Below are positions 25,901 through 39,384 of a stretch of DNA of 64,000 bases, in pieces. The DNA is taken from contig NC_043005.1 of assembly GCF_006345805.1 (NCBI RefSeq), forward strand, positions 19,840,001 to 19,904,000, written 5' to 3'. The position numbers and the translations under genes are program-made. The notes below the pieces were generated by a model. That model saw only the letters and a list, made by a program, of their open reading frames with translations, did no database searches and was not told the origin of the DNA. Within the stretch, counting starts at the first letter, position 1, and the number at the start of each line of letters is the position of its first letter. The DNA is from Octopus sinensis. Taxonomy: Eukaryota.

Positions 25901-26337
25901 CTTAATCTTTATTGGTGTCTATCGGGGATGGAGGTATACCTACCACAGACCAGCACAGAAAACCTTCACATTATAAGAATCACTTAGAGCTAAATTTTCA
26001 TTCACTTTCTTGTCTCACCATCGACTTTCCACTACGTCTTTCAGATACCAGCTATTATTCTATCTCTATTTCATTTTATCAAACGAATGTACTACTATTT
26101 ATTTCTCCAAAGTTAACTTACTGCTTAATTCATTCCACAAACTTATCCTCCGGCCAAACAGCTCAGTTTATTACTCTCGCCTATTCCAACACCGTTCTTC
26201 CCTTTCCGAACATAATGGGATAGGATAAGGTTCAATCTGAACCTTATCTTTTATCTTTTATATTTTACTTGTTTCAATCATTGAACTTACGGCCAAGCGG
26301 GGACAACATGAAGGGTTTAGTCGAGCATACTGCCCCT

Positions 26338-26650
26338 GGCGCATGGCTCAGTGGTTAGAGCGTCGAGCTTACGATCGTGAGGTTGTGAGCTCGAATCCCG
26401 GACCGGGCTGTGTGTTGTGTTCTTGAGCAAGGCACTTTATTTCACGTTGCTCCAATTCACTCAGCTGTAGAAATGAGTTGCGACGTCACTGGTGCCAAGC
26501 TGTATCGACCTTTGTCTTTCTCTTGGATAACATCAGTGGCGTGGAGAGGGGAGGCCGGTATGCATGGGCGACTGCTGGCCTTCCATAAACAACCTTGCCC
26601 GGACTTGTATCTAGGAAGGTAACTTTCTAGGTGCAATCCCATGGTCATTC
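26338..26650 (+). mobile_element. SINE family C, full length
   Basis: 'gcatggctcagtggttagagcg' (A box), 'gagctcgaatcccgg' (B box), CORE-like module, end 'catgaccgaagggggtcttt'. Confidence 0.9.
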
Positions 26651-26717
26651 ATGACCGAAGGGGGTCTTTTATATATATATATGCGTGTGTGTGTGTGTGT
26701 GTGTGCGTGTGTGTATG

Positions 26718-26768
<51 letters not shown>

Positions 26769-26770
26769 TA

Positions 26771-27070
26771 TGGAGGCGCAATGGCCCAGTGGCTAGGGCA
26801 GCGAACTCGCGGTTGTAGGATCGCGGTTTCGAATCGCAGACCGGGCGTTGTGAGTGTTTATTGAGCGAAAACACTTAAAGCTCCACGCGGCTCCGGCAGG
26901 GGGTGGTGGCGATCCCTGCTGTACTCTTTCGCCACAACTTTCTCTCGCTCTTTCTTCTGTTGGCCGACTCGCTTAGCCAGCAGAGTGGCGTCATTTGAAG
27001 GCTAAAGCAATGCGAAGCGCATTGTGACCAGCGATGTGTAGCAACATCTGATAGCCAGGTCGGTCACGGT
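26771..27070 (+). mobile_element. SINE family B variant (different 3' end)
   Basis: The first ~190 bp match 15493. It then diverges to 'ggccgactcgcttagccag...gatagccaggtcggtcacgg'. Confidence 0.85.
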
Positions 27071-27185
27071 GTTCACAGTGATATATATATATAAGTTACG
27101 GGGACGTAAACACACCGGCATCGGTTGTCAAGCGATGTTGAGGCGACAAACACAGATACACAAACATATACATATACACACACAA

Positions 27186-27216
<31 letters not shown>

Positions 27217-27223
27217 ATGTATG

Positions 27224-27289
<66 letters not shown>

Positions 27290-27310
27290 CACATATATAC
27301 ATATACACAT

Positions 27311-27341
<31 letters not shown>

Positions 27342-27344
27342 CTC

Positions 27345-27750
27345 TTTTACTCTTTTACTTGTTTCACTCATTTGACTGCGGCCATGCTGGAGCACCGCCT
27401 TTAGTCGAGCAACTCGACCTCGGGACTTATTCTTTTGTAAGCCCAGTACTTATTCTATCGTCTCTTTTGCCGAACCGCTAAGTAACGGGGACATAAACAC
27501 ACCAGCACCGGTTGTCAAGCAATGCTAGGGGGACAAACACAGACACACAAACACACACACGCATATATATATATATATAATATATATATATATACGACGG
27601 GCTTCTTCAGTTTCCGTCTACGAAATCCACTCACAAGGCTTTGGTCGGCCCGAGGCTATAGTAGAAGACACTTGCCCAAAGTGCCACGCAGTGGGACTGA
27701 ACCCGGAACCATGTGGTTGGTAAACAAGCTACTTACCACACAGCCGCTCC
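27345..27750 (-). mobile_element. SINE family D, full length
   Basis: Both halves are present around an internal (TA)/(CA) microsatellite. Confidence 0.9.
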
Positions 27751-27844
27751 TGTATATATATATATATATACAATGGACTTTTACATAGTTTCCATCTACC
27801 AAGGCATTGATAGACCTGATGTTATAGATTGTAGTAGAGGACAA

Positions 27845-28052
27845 GAATCGTCTGTTAGAGAGTTGGATTCATAATCGTAAGATTGTGGTTTCGATTCTTG
27901 GACCAGGTGATGTGTTGTGTTCTTGAACAAAACACTTCATTTCATGTTGCTCCAGTCCACTCAGCTGGCAAACATGAGTAATCCTGCGACGGACCGGTGT
28001 CCCAGGTGGGAAATATATACGCCATGGAAACCGGGAAACCGGCCCTTATGAC
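27845..28052 (+). mobile_element. SINE family C variant
   Basis: 'gtgttgtgttcttgaacaaaacacttcatttcatgttgctccagtccactcagctgg'. Confidence 0.75.
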
Positions 28053-28061
28053 TCGAGAAGG

Positions 28062-28480
28062 TATCATACGATCTCGGTTTCCTGGACCTCATCTGTAGGA
28101 AGCGCCAGTCACCGCATGTGAGTCAAATCTCGCTGCCACCATATGCAGAATACCAGCATATTTTCAGGCACAGATGTCGCAAATAGCCAGCAGGCTTATT
28201 AAAAATTAATTATTGGTGACGGAAGCAAGTAATAATACCAAACCGTAATTGTTATATCCAACTTAACAAGGATACCTTGTTAGAAGATCGACTACCATTT
28301 GGTACTAATACTGCTTCCCTCGCTAATAATTAATTTTTGATAAGCCTGCTAGCTATTTGCGATATCAGTGACTGAAAAGTTGATGATATTCTACATATCG
28401 TAGCAGCGAGATTTGACTGACATACGGTGACCGGTACTTCATACTGATGAGGTCCAGTAGACCGAAATCACATGTTATGG
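28062..28480. repeat. ~420-bp imperfect palindrome with an HHR-like motif at each outer end
   Basis: Centre aacaagg-ata-ccttgtt at ~28265-28281. Arms are roughly 80% identical by eye. The right end reads CTGATGA-GGTC-cagta-GACC-GAAA (28444-28467). Confidence 0.85.
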
Positions 28481-28999
28481 GAATTCCGATGCCCTTGACA
28501 GACGAGTCTCGTCAGCTGCAATCTGTGTGTGTGTGCTTTCACGCACCAAGCACCTATAGGTAGGTAGGTGGGTGGGTGGGTAGATAGGTAGGGTTAGGTA
28601 GGTAGGTAGGTAGGTAGGTAGGTAGGTAGGTAGGTAGGTAGATAGAGAGAGAGAAATATATATATAGAGAGAGATGGTTGTTACCTCACGTAGCATCTTC
28701 ATATTTTGGTATTAAAAAACAAAAAACAACTTTTCAAGACTTAAGAAGGCATGTTGTGTATAGTGGAGAAAGATTACAGATACTATTACAAGGAAAGTGT
28801 ATCAGGAGAATTCAAAAACAAATGGATGGATGGATGGATGGATGGATATATCTATATTAATGAATACCAAAATGAATTTCTGTGTGTCAGTGTATCACAA
28901 TTTGACCCCCCTCTCTCATTAATCAATGATACTTCGACTATTCCTCCTGCTGGGATGAGAGTAATAATAGGCATAGAGACGGTGAGGGCGGTAGTAGAT

Positions 29000-29280
29000 T
29001 GATAGTTGTGATTATAACGAGGTGATAGTAATAGTATGAGCTGTAGCTGAGATAGAAGCGGAGACAACGGTGGTGGCGGTGGTGGTGTGGTGGTGGTGGT
29101 GGTGGTGGTAGCTTAGGCTGTCAGGGCTGATGGTGATAGTAAGTGGTGTGAAATACTGTGGTGATGGTGGTGAAGGGGAAGGCGGCGAAGCCAAAAGTAT
29201 TGATGGCGGTGGCGTCAGAAGTCTGAGTGTTGTGTGTATGGCAGTTGCGGTGGCGATGGTGGTGGTACTGGTGATGGTGT
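29000..29280 (+). repeat. (GGT)/(GAT)-rich degenerate trinucleotide tract
   Basis: Direct reading. Confidence 0.8.
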
Positions 29281-29859
29281 TGATTGAAAGCTATCAACAA
29301 AAAGGAAGTGCGAGGAAGAACGAGGTTAAACAGAAAAAAATTGTACTGACCCCTGAATGGGAAGACAAAACATGTTGTTTTGCAATAAGTTCCAAGTCGA
29401 CAAATTATATCATTGTTTTGATGACAATTCTTTCAATACATCTAGCATCGATTCCCCTTGCTATATACCTAACGATCACTGTGAAAGTTGCCGTGCTTTA
29501 CCAGTAAGCTACCAGGTGTGAACCGTTCGTTTTATTATCCCTTGTGTGTGTGTATGCGTGGGTGTATAATCTTTTGTAAAATTTCCTTGATAAAATCACA
29601 ATAATTAAAGAAAGTAATAGAAATATTAAAATTACTAAGTCTCTCTAAAGGAGATTACGGCAGCGTTACTGGATATTAATAGTTATCGCCATACTAATAT
29701 GGCAGTCTAGAAATAAGGTTCGAAGGTTGTAATGGACGCAGGTTCGTGTGTCATATAGCTAGCTAGAGGCGATGGCCTCTTGGAGCTAATCAGCGACAGC
29801 TTTAGTCTTAATCATAGACTGCCATATTAGTATGGTGATAACTATTAATTAAAGAAAGG

Positions 29860-30625
29860 TTTTTCTAAAAAAATTTGATTATTTTAAAAACTTTTGTATG
29901 ACAGAATGTCACCAATCTTTCTGGAAGAAGTTTGCGTATAGTGTTGTGCATTTTTTTGTTAGCACTTTTATTGTTCAACTTTTCGAAACGCACGTGTTCT
30001 GCGCTAATGCGTATAGTCGTCGTCATCGTCGTCGTCGGCGTGTATCGTACGCTTTTGCCGCGCGTTGATGACACTATCACGAAAGTCTTCCAGATTAAGC
30101 GCGATTTCTTCCATCGGATGAACCATAACGTTTCTTCGTTCTAACTTTCGCAAAGGGGGGGTGCAGTTATGTACACTTTGACAGAAGAAAAGCAGGACAA
30201 AAACAGTTTTATCGATCACATTCTCACCTGGAATCGATTTTTGTAATTTTTTCAAGACTTATACACCCCCTGATACAGTCGGTATCTACATATCAAAAGG
30301 CGGTGAGCTGGCAGAAACGTTAGCGCGCCGGGCGAAATGCTTAGCGGTATTTCGTCTGCCGCTACGTTCTGAGTTCAAATTTCGCCGTGGTCGACTTTGC
30401 CTTTCATCCTTTCGGGGTCGATCAAATAAGTACCAGTTACGCACTGGGGTCGATATAATCGACTTAATCCGTTTGTCTGTCCTTGTTTGTCCTCTCTGTG
30501 TTTAGCCCCTTGTGAGTAGTAAAGAAGTAGGTATCTACATATCAAATTTGAGCGCAATCGGATGGAGGAGGTCCGAGATCCTAGAAGACACACACACAGA
30601 CAGACAGAACGGATTTTATATAACA
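29860..30625 (+). mobile_element. Non-autonomous element, Helitron/Helentron-associated (HINE/DINE-1-like) architecture, interrupted by a SINE
   Basis: 3' end 'caaatttgagcgcaatcgg...gagat..acacacacagacagacagaacggattttatata' resembles such elements from recall. No coding evidence. Confidence 0.45.
30298..30529 (+). mobile_element. SINE family A, young full-length copy with 17-bp TSD
   Basis: TSD ggtatctacatatcaaa at 30281-30297 and 30530-30546. Confidence 0.93.
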
Positions 30626-30654
30626 GATATATATATATGTATGTATGTATGTAT

Positions 30655-30855
30655 GTGATCGCGTGTGTATCGTTGGCGATTTTCTTTCTCATGCTTCCAT
30701 TCTTTGGACGTTTTCTATATTTCTGATGAAGAACTCCGCTCGAAACGTGAAATCGTCTTTCTTTTCTTTTCTTTCCTTTCCTGAGCATTCAATAATACAG
30801 TACTTATACCACGTCCTCGTGTTGTTGTTTTTTCTTGCTTGTTCTTGTTTGGATT

Positions 30856-30860
<5 letters not shown>
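30655..30860 (+). mobile_element. Penelope-pLTR/retrozyme-like short element with a minimal HHR (30719-30753, probably inactive)
   Basis: attt-CTGATGA-a-gaa-ctccg-ctc-GAAA-cg-tG-aaat. Position 17 is G. Homologous to 41945. Confidence 0.75.
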
Positions 30861-30900
<40 letters not shown>

Positions 30901-30965
30901 CAAATAAATGGCACAACGAAGTACCGATATTCTTTACTGGAAAGCAATACTCTCGTATTGCATTA

Positions 30966-31020
<55 letters not shown>

Positions 31021-31118
31021 GATTGATTGATTCTAGTTTCAGCTCACGAGCTGCGGCCATGCTGGGGCACCGCCATTATATATATATATATATAATAAAT
31101 CTCTGAGCGAGGTATAAG

Positions 31119-31195
<77 letters not shown>

Positions 31196-32346
31196 CGTGG
31201 CTTGCTTTGCCTTGAAACCTCATGCCATAAAACAAGGCATTTTGGGGTGTTTTTAAAAGTAGCAGAACTATTTGCTCCCTCAGTCTGGTCACAACTGATA
31301 TCTAACATAGCGCACCCGCGGACTATTACAAAATGCTTGGTGGTAGTTTATTCAGTCGCGTGGTCCGAGTTCAAATCATCCCGAGGTCATCTTTGTCTTT
31401 CATCCTTCTAGCGTCGATAAGTGCCAGTCCTATACTGAGATCGCTTTCTTTGACTACAGTTCATTTTCGAAATGTGAGGCTTTGTGCCTAAATCAGATAT
31501 CCTTTAATTACGTTGCCATGTTTTAATACTTCCTGCTTCACCAAATTAAATAAGAAGCTTTTTCTCTTGGCTGTTGTAGAGAGATAACTGGACGACGCCA
31601 TTCTATCAGGTAATACTCCAGATGATTCGGTATTAATTCTTTAACAGCAAGATTAAGTGAGGCAATATAGAGTCAATGGTAAATTAGGCACTTTTATTGT
31701 AATGAGCTCAATAACTTTAATTAATTAAGATTATAATCGTATTCAGGAGTGATAAACACTGCTATATAATGCAGAAATCTACCAAAGGGAAGAGTAGCAA
31801 CACAAAATGAAAACATATTTTTTAATGGGTTGACACACCAAAGTCCCAATTAATTAGAATTGAAAGTAAGAAATGTGTTGAAGGCTCTGGATATGTTTTG
31901 CCTCATTAAACCTCGACGGTGAAGTATGGTTATTCACGTGTCCGTCACTTTCATAGAGAGAAAGGGATATATGCCTATACAGACACCGCACATACACTTG
32001 CATTACAACAGCATAAAAATTAGAACTCAAAAAGTCTCCTAATCAAATGCAGGATGAAACATAGCCCATTTGAACTCGCGATCTACGAGTTAGCTTCTTA
32101 ATACTTTATCCACTCACCTATTTTTACACAAGCTTCTTCATCAGAAAATGTAAAACTATGCAATTCAGTTTGTTGTTCATTTATTTAAGACAGTTGACTG
32201 AGGTTGAGGGAGAGGCTATGTGGTGAGTCGACCTGAGGCAAACAGTAGCCAGATCTCTCTCAACCATACCATACTGTCTTAAAGACCGAAGGACACACAA
32301 ATTTATATTTATCATATTAGTAAAAGATTTATTATGTTATAAAATA

Positions 32347-32993
32347 CAGTGTTCGGGTTAAATTTGACGATATTTTATATCTTTTTTTTTTTACAGAAGC
32401 AGCTTAATGTGTTAGTGAACTGTCAACGACGTTGGAGATTAAAGCTGTAGTTGAGAAAAAGATAGCTGACATGGGGGACTGGAAATCATCTGAATATTTG
32501 AAAAGAGTTACCTGTATTACGATGCTTCACGCCGACTGCCATGGCTGCTGCTCAATGCTGTGGATTGTAAGACATTACATGAATAGTTGCAACGGAGATA
32601 ACGAAGCCCTCGGCAGAAAGAGACATGGCAAGCGGTTCTGACTGCGTCCGTACGCCGGAATTCAACACCACGTCTTTGAGAAAAGACACCAACCGCTCTG
32701 CCTGCAACACCAAGGTCGAGCTTGGGACCAAGATCAAGGAAGTGTTCGAAGATCTTCCCAGGGATGCAGTGAGGAACGTATTCACCAAGTTCCGGAGCTA
32801 TCTTGAGGTCGTGGTTGAAGGTGGTGGCGGAAGTTTGAGTAAACTGCTATCTCCCAGCCATAATCCAGTTGGTATTTTTGATATTTTAAAAAATACTTTT
32901 ATTTTTGGATGAGATATGTTTTCGGTCTTTTCTTTTTTTAGTTTTTTAGTTTTTACCTTTATGCGAAATGACAAATTTATCCTGAACACCCTG
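32347..32993 (+). mobile_element. Internally deleted Tc1/mariner element with TIRs and TA TSD
   Basis: Left TA|cagtgttcgggttaaatttgac and right gacaaatttatcctgaacaccctg|TA. Internal translation NTKVELGTKIKEVFEDLPRDAVRNVFTKFRSYLEVVVEGGGG resembles a transposase C-terminus. Confidence 0.82.
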
Positions 32994-33446
32994 TATGTTA
33001 TTTGTATGCACTTAGAAAAGAGACTGTCATCATATTTTCCAGCTCTGCATGATGGTATATTACCAACAGCAACAATTTCCTCCCTTTTGTCTACTGGTAC
33101 CAACTTTACAGATGTGGAAATGAAGATTACTTTTGTCAATTCCACTAAGCTATTACAGGTAGTAATATACCGTCTCGCTGAGATTCGAGCCACCGTTCGG
33201 AGGAAACCTCTGTTATGTTGTTTTATGACCCGGATCACAACAATTTAGGCAGTACTGCAGTTTGGATATCCATTTCACTGCTCTGGCTAACTCCTGCATT
33301 CTCACGCAATTGTATGGATTTTTATCTTGCTGCTGAGCATATTATGTAAAGACGAGATAGTGAGTCGGTTGCGCGTACACCTCTGCACCTTAGGGCGAAG
33401 GTACGAAAGATACACACTTTTGTTTATTAACATATGTACACATATC

Positions 33447-33477
<31 letters not shown>

Positions 33478-33544
33478 AAAGGACAGAAAGATCAAAGTAA
33501 TTCCCGGGTTCATACGTCCGGTTTCCCAGATTCTGTAGGGTATA

Positions 33545-33712
33545 CATTTCTCACCCCTTTATGACGGGGCTACTCATTTTTGCTGCATGGGTGGCTTGGA
33601 GCAACGTTGAATGAAGTGCATAAGAAAAGATGCATCGCTTGGTCTAGGAATCGAAACCGCAATTTTACGATCTTGAGTGGAACATCTTAATCCATGTGCC
33701 TCCACTAATGCA
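33545..33712 (-). mobile_element. SINE family C, diverged
   Basis: 'tggcttggagcaacgttgaatgaagtg...ggaatcgaaaccgcaattttacgatc'. Confidence 0.7.
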
Positions 33713-34814
33713 AATACACAATACCAATTCCTGTCTACCAAAGACTCGCGAGGCATTGGCCAACACGACGCGTCAAAAGTCCAACGTAGTAAGATCGAAC
33801 ACAGAAATGAGTGGTTGTGACACTAACTTCCTAACCACATAACTATACTAAGTTTCTTGGACTGCGGTCCCAGAGTTAGTACCGGTAAGTGAATATAATG
33901 TCACAAACAGATTATCTGATTATTTACTTTTTCACAACCTGCGTCCAACAAAAATTTCATGAAATTGCATTATAAGAGTTTGCACTTCATATGTTGATAT
34001 AGTCTGAGTTTGAGTTGATCAATATTTTAAAGAAAATTTCTAGTTTCCTAATTCATCTGCGAAAACCACACGATAGCGTTTCTTCATTCTGTTCTATTTA
34101 TGTTGGAGAAATTTTCTATAAAGTAGTCCTTTAAAATAACATCGTTGCTATAGAAGTGAAATATTTTTTTTCAAAGACTGAGAGAACATAAAGTGACTGC
34201 AAGGGAAAGTATGAAAATGACAGGCAATTAGAAGTGAGGTAGAGAGAAAGGGATGAGGAGTGAGAGGGAAGAGTAGGAGAGAGAAAATAAACGAGAGAAA
34301 AAGTGGAAGAAAGAGACTACCGAAAGACTGAGCGACAAAACAGAAAGCGAAAGTAGGAGAGAAAAAAAGCGCATATGGGACAGGGAGAGAAAAGGAGAGG
34401 AAGAAAGGGAAAGGAGCAGAGAGAATGAGAATGGTTGAGAAAAACTACGAAGAAACGGAAGAGAACGGAGAAGCACGCACATACTCGAAAGGCAGAAGTC
34501 AAAATATGAAACAACAAATTCTTTGAGTAATTTCCCAACTGGTTTGTCTTCATCAACTTTAATGTCTAAATAACAATTCAACATGACTTAAACATAGAGA
34601 AATATTTTACACATCACGAAATGAAGACTATATTTATGTGAATATTTACCTCACCAGCCCCCGCCTTACATTTCGAACCCCACTGAGAGAACTATTGATG
34701 TCTGTTCTAAATGTTCAGGTACTTTCATACTCATTATTTCAATGTCTCTCCCATCTTTCCCTCTCGCTTCTTATCCAATTCCTCTATCAACTCACTCACA
34801 CACACATTTATGAA

Positions 34815-34830
34815 TACATATATATGTATG

Positions 34831-34899
<69 letters not shown>

Positions 34900-34913
34900 C
34901 ATGTATATGTGTG

Positions 34914-34962
<49 letters not shown>

Positions 34963-35051
34963 CATGTATATGTGTGTATATGTATATATATATATATATA
35001 TATATACATGTGTATGTGTATATATATATATATTATACATGTATATGTGTG

Positions 35052-35090
<39 letters not shown>

Positions 35091-35092
35091 CT

Positions 35093-35150
<58 letters not shown>

Positions 35151-35194
35151 GGAGTGATAAATGGATACATTTCTCTCTCTGTCCCTCCTTGCGG

Positions 35195-35270
<76 letters not shown>
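34815..35270 (+). repeat. Compound (TA)/(TG)/(GA)/(GATA) microsatellites
   Basis: Direct reading. Confidence 0.95.
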
Positions 35271-35272
<2 letters not shown>

Positions 35273-35733
35273 CATGATCAACGAATTGAAAATAAAAACC
35301 TCCCTATTTTGACAAACAGTTTATACATTCTTATTCATAATAATGCAAGCAAGCATAAAACAAAACCGAAGCCAACTAATTTGTTCACGGAAACATGAAC
35401 GCATCCTTATCATAAATAATGCAACGAATTATTATGAACCAATCAAAGAAAGTAAAGCCCAAACCGATCCAAACAGAAGAAATAATAGAACGAACAAACC
35501 CATGCCGATGACTATGGAAGGACAGATATGATCATATACTACAGTTCTCACCTGTCCATTGCGGAAGCATGAAACTCGAATCAAGTAAAAGAACATTTGA
35601 AAGGAAACTGCGCATTTGGTTTTCTCTTATGCATTTGTATGAGAAAACTCAATGCACACACGCACGCATACACACAAATGCACACTTACACACGCACATT
35701 CATTTACACACACACACACATATATACATATAT

Positions 35734-35764
<31 letters not shown>

Positions 35765-35771
<7 letters not shown>

Positions 35772-36752
35772 TTATAAATGAGGGTGAAAAATTTGATATT
35801 AATTTAATAATACCATCAATTTAAAACCAAGTGGCTTATCACATAAAACCCAGGGAGACAATACAAATTTATACATAAATATAAGAGAGTGACCACTATG
35901 TGGTTAACTCTAGTGCTAAAAATAGCTCCGTTACTGGTATAGCCACAAAAAGATGTTTCCAAGAAGAAATAACATTACATTTAACGTAAGGAAAGTGAAA
36001 TATAACGAAAAAGTAGATTAACCCTGAACAATTGTTTCATTATTAATGTAATATGCAATTTTAATTACATAACATCTATAAATCATCGGCAGAGGTTTGT
36101 CTTAAATACAATTTATTAGACCTTCACGAGCGTCAAATACACGTATGGTTTAACCGATTGTATTCGTAGTTATGATTCAAATTCTTGAAAACATTTTTTT
36201 GTGGCTATACCAGTAACGGAGCTATTTTTAGCACTAGAGTTAACCACATAGTGGTCACTCTCTTATATTTATGTATAAATTGTATTGTCTCCCTGGTTTT
36301 TATGTGCTAAGCCACTTGGTGTTAAATTGATGGTATTATTAAATTAATATTAAATTTTTCACCCTCATTTATAAATTTATAAATTTAATTATACTGCAGT
36401 ATTCGTTTCCATTGAGTCTTATCATGCTTTTGGCGGGGGAATTTGAATCATAACTACGAATACAATCGATTAAGCCATACGTGTATTTGACGCTCGTGAA
36501 GGTCTTATAAATTGTATTTAAGACAAACCTCTGCCGATGATTTATAGATGTTATGTAAATAAAATTGCATATTACATTAATAATGAAACAATTGTTCAGG
36601 GTTAATCTATTTTTTCGTTATATTTCACTTTCCTTACGTTAAATGTAATGTTATTTCTTCTTGGAAACATCTTTTTGTGGCTATACCAGTAACGGAGCTA
36701 TTTTTAGCACTAGAGTTAACCACATAGTGGTCACTCTCTTATATTTATGTAT
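35765..36752. repeat. Complex inverted duplication: A-B, rc(A), spacer, rc(B), partial rc(A)
   Basis: A is ~35765-35950 and B is ~35950-36185. rc(A) is ~36198-36385, rc(B) is ~36440-36680, and a second rc(A) part runs to ~36752. Confidence 0.9.
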
Positions 36753-36919
36753 ATATATATATATATATATATGTCATTAACCATCACGATGAATTTCACG
36801 CTCCCTAACTTCATAGGAAAAGCACACAAGAAAATAGACACGATAAAGAATTTTTAAAAATACGAAAGCATCCAAAAGAGTGTTAAGAACTCTTGCAATA
36901 TTTTAGAGAGATAGATACC

Positions 36920-36963
<44 letters not shown>

Positions 36964-37208
36964 AAGAGACAGTCAGACAGAGACACAGCGAGACACACAG
37001 AGAGATTATTTTCCTGCGTCTTGTATGTCTGGGTCAACAGAACAGTTAGGTGGCTTGGGGAGTTAGTGGGTGTATGTATAAACCGGTCATCCTGATACTA
37101 CATGGAAACACAAAGTGACAGTTGCTTCAGGGAAGAGATGGTAGACACATGCTAGAAATGAAAGCTAGAGAATATAATGAAATCGTTCATTTTTATGGTA
37201 TAATATTG

Positions 37209-37428
37209 GTTTCAAATTTTGGCACAAGGCCAAGAATTTTGTAGGTGGGGGAGTGCCAGTGGTTTTCATCGACTCCCAGTGTTCAACTGGTACCTAAATT
37301 ATTAACTCTCGAAAGAATGAAAGGCAAAGTCGACCTCGCTGGAATTTGAACCAAGAACGTGCAAACAGACGAAATACCGCAAAGCATTTTGCCAGGCGCG
37401 CTAACGATTCAGCCAGCTTGCCGCCTAC
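37209..37428 (-). mobile_element. SINE family A with 19-bp TSD
   Basis: TSD tttttatggtataatattg at 37190-37208 and 37429-37447. Confidence 0.9.
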
Positions 37429-38416
37429 TTTTTATGGTATAATATTGTCTTCAAATTAAGCATAAAAATTAACAAAGCAAAGGAGTTCTTTAAGCCATTC
37501 TTTGACATTTTCCTTTCGAGGAGACAAAACTGCTAATATTAAAATATTACTTGATTAATCGTGGGCCACACACAACCATATTTGTATGGAAGTTATAAAA
37601 CCAGACTCCGGTGTTATTGTTCTTAAATAAAAAGATACGAGTACTTATCGCCCAATAGAGTCCCAATAGCTTAAATCTAAAGTCAAAACTTTTAAATTCC
37701 TGTAAATACTCATTAACTTACTTTACACTTGAATTTCTTTCTTTTGACTGGACACAACTTCTGTACAATTTTGCATTTATTTTGATAGTTTTGAAGAGTT
37801 CTTGCCACTTCCGGCCTTTCCTACATTCTTATGTATTATATACCGTTACTTGGTACCGATTTTCGACTGAATATGCTTTACCAACATTTTATCATCACTT
37901 AATTTTCATTTTTACTGCTACTTGATATATTTTTATTATCAAATTACGTTCCTATTATTTATTATTAAGTTACATTTCAACAGATGTTTTTAAGACCGAT
38001 CATATATTTTTGGTGCGCAATTCCATGTTTTCGTATTTTGACTCAGGTATGTGTGTGTATGTATGTGGCGTCCTTGTACTTGCGGGAATCTATACATGCG
38101 TAAGTCAGAACATGAGAGTATGAAAATTTGAGCGCAAGTGTTTGCAAGTATGATTATGCATGCATATATGTATGCATGTATTTGATTGAACTTCTATGTA
38201 TATTCGTGTATATGTGTATATACACGTGCGAGTGTAAAAGCGCGCGTGTGTGTGTGTGTATGTGTGTGTGTGTTGCACTGTATGCATGTATCTATCTGTT
38301 TGTCTATCTATTTATCAATATAACAAAGGGTAAAATTAATTAATTAAGAAGTAATCAATAATTTCACCAAGTAGAATTCGGCATGAAAAAAGGACCATTT
38401 CACAGTAAACTTAAGT

Positions 38417-38674
38417 AATACTTAATAATTAGGGTTCAGCAAAGATTTGCTTTACCACATACCGAAGTTTAGAAATAGCAGCCAAAAACCTTAGCTATTT
38501 CTTCTACTTTAAAAAGGGACTCCCAGAGAAACCAAAATACCTGAAAACAATCCACACAGTTTCTCTGAGAGTCCCTTTTTAAAGTAGAAGAAATAGCTAA
38601 GCGTTTTGGCTGCTATTTCTAAACTTCGGTATGTGGTAAAGCAAATCTTTGCTGAACCCTAATTATTAAGTATT
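38417..38674. repeat. Inverted repeat, 106-bp arms
   Basis: Arms 38417-38522 and 38569-38674, 2 mismatches seen. Inner cagagaaac/gtttctctg extends the pairing. Confidence 0.92.
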
Positions 38675-39341
38675 TATCAATATATATATAGGTATTATTA
38701 GGTATGTGTGTATATAGATATATACATACATACATTCATATATATATATGATGAGAACCCAATAAGGTTCGAAAATTTATTGTTGTTCAGCATTTTTCCA
38801 GTCTACGGAGAAATGGCTAAAATTTTCCCTGTTTATAATCATAAATCATTTATAATCATACAGTGTTAGCCAAAAGTCACCTAACAGTAAATCAAAACCC
38901 ATTTAATTGCAAGATTTATCTATGTTTAACAACTGGATGAATTTCATAAAAGCATCTAAACCTGAAACGTGATGAAAATTGTTGAAACTGAAGTCTTGAG
39001 CGACACATTTTAACTATTCAAGTCAATACAGAATTAAAGAATTACGGTTTTTGAATATTTCTTAAATGGCTTATAAACACCTTCCGCGCTGCAATTGCTT
39101 TCGTTCCAGCACACGATCTGAAATCAAGTCACTTGCTATGCAAGTACATCTCCGTAATATATATATATATATATATATATACGAATTGGATAGCCATGAA
39201 ACGATCGTAGTGTTATACTAATTATCTTTTTTTAATAATTTTGATATATATTTAAAATAATATAAATTAATTAATCTTATGTATTGGCTTAAGTTTTTCA
39301 TTGTATGATTTGCCTAATAGTGGTTTTATCTCTAATTTAAT

Positions 39342-39384
<43 letters not shown>

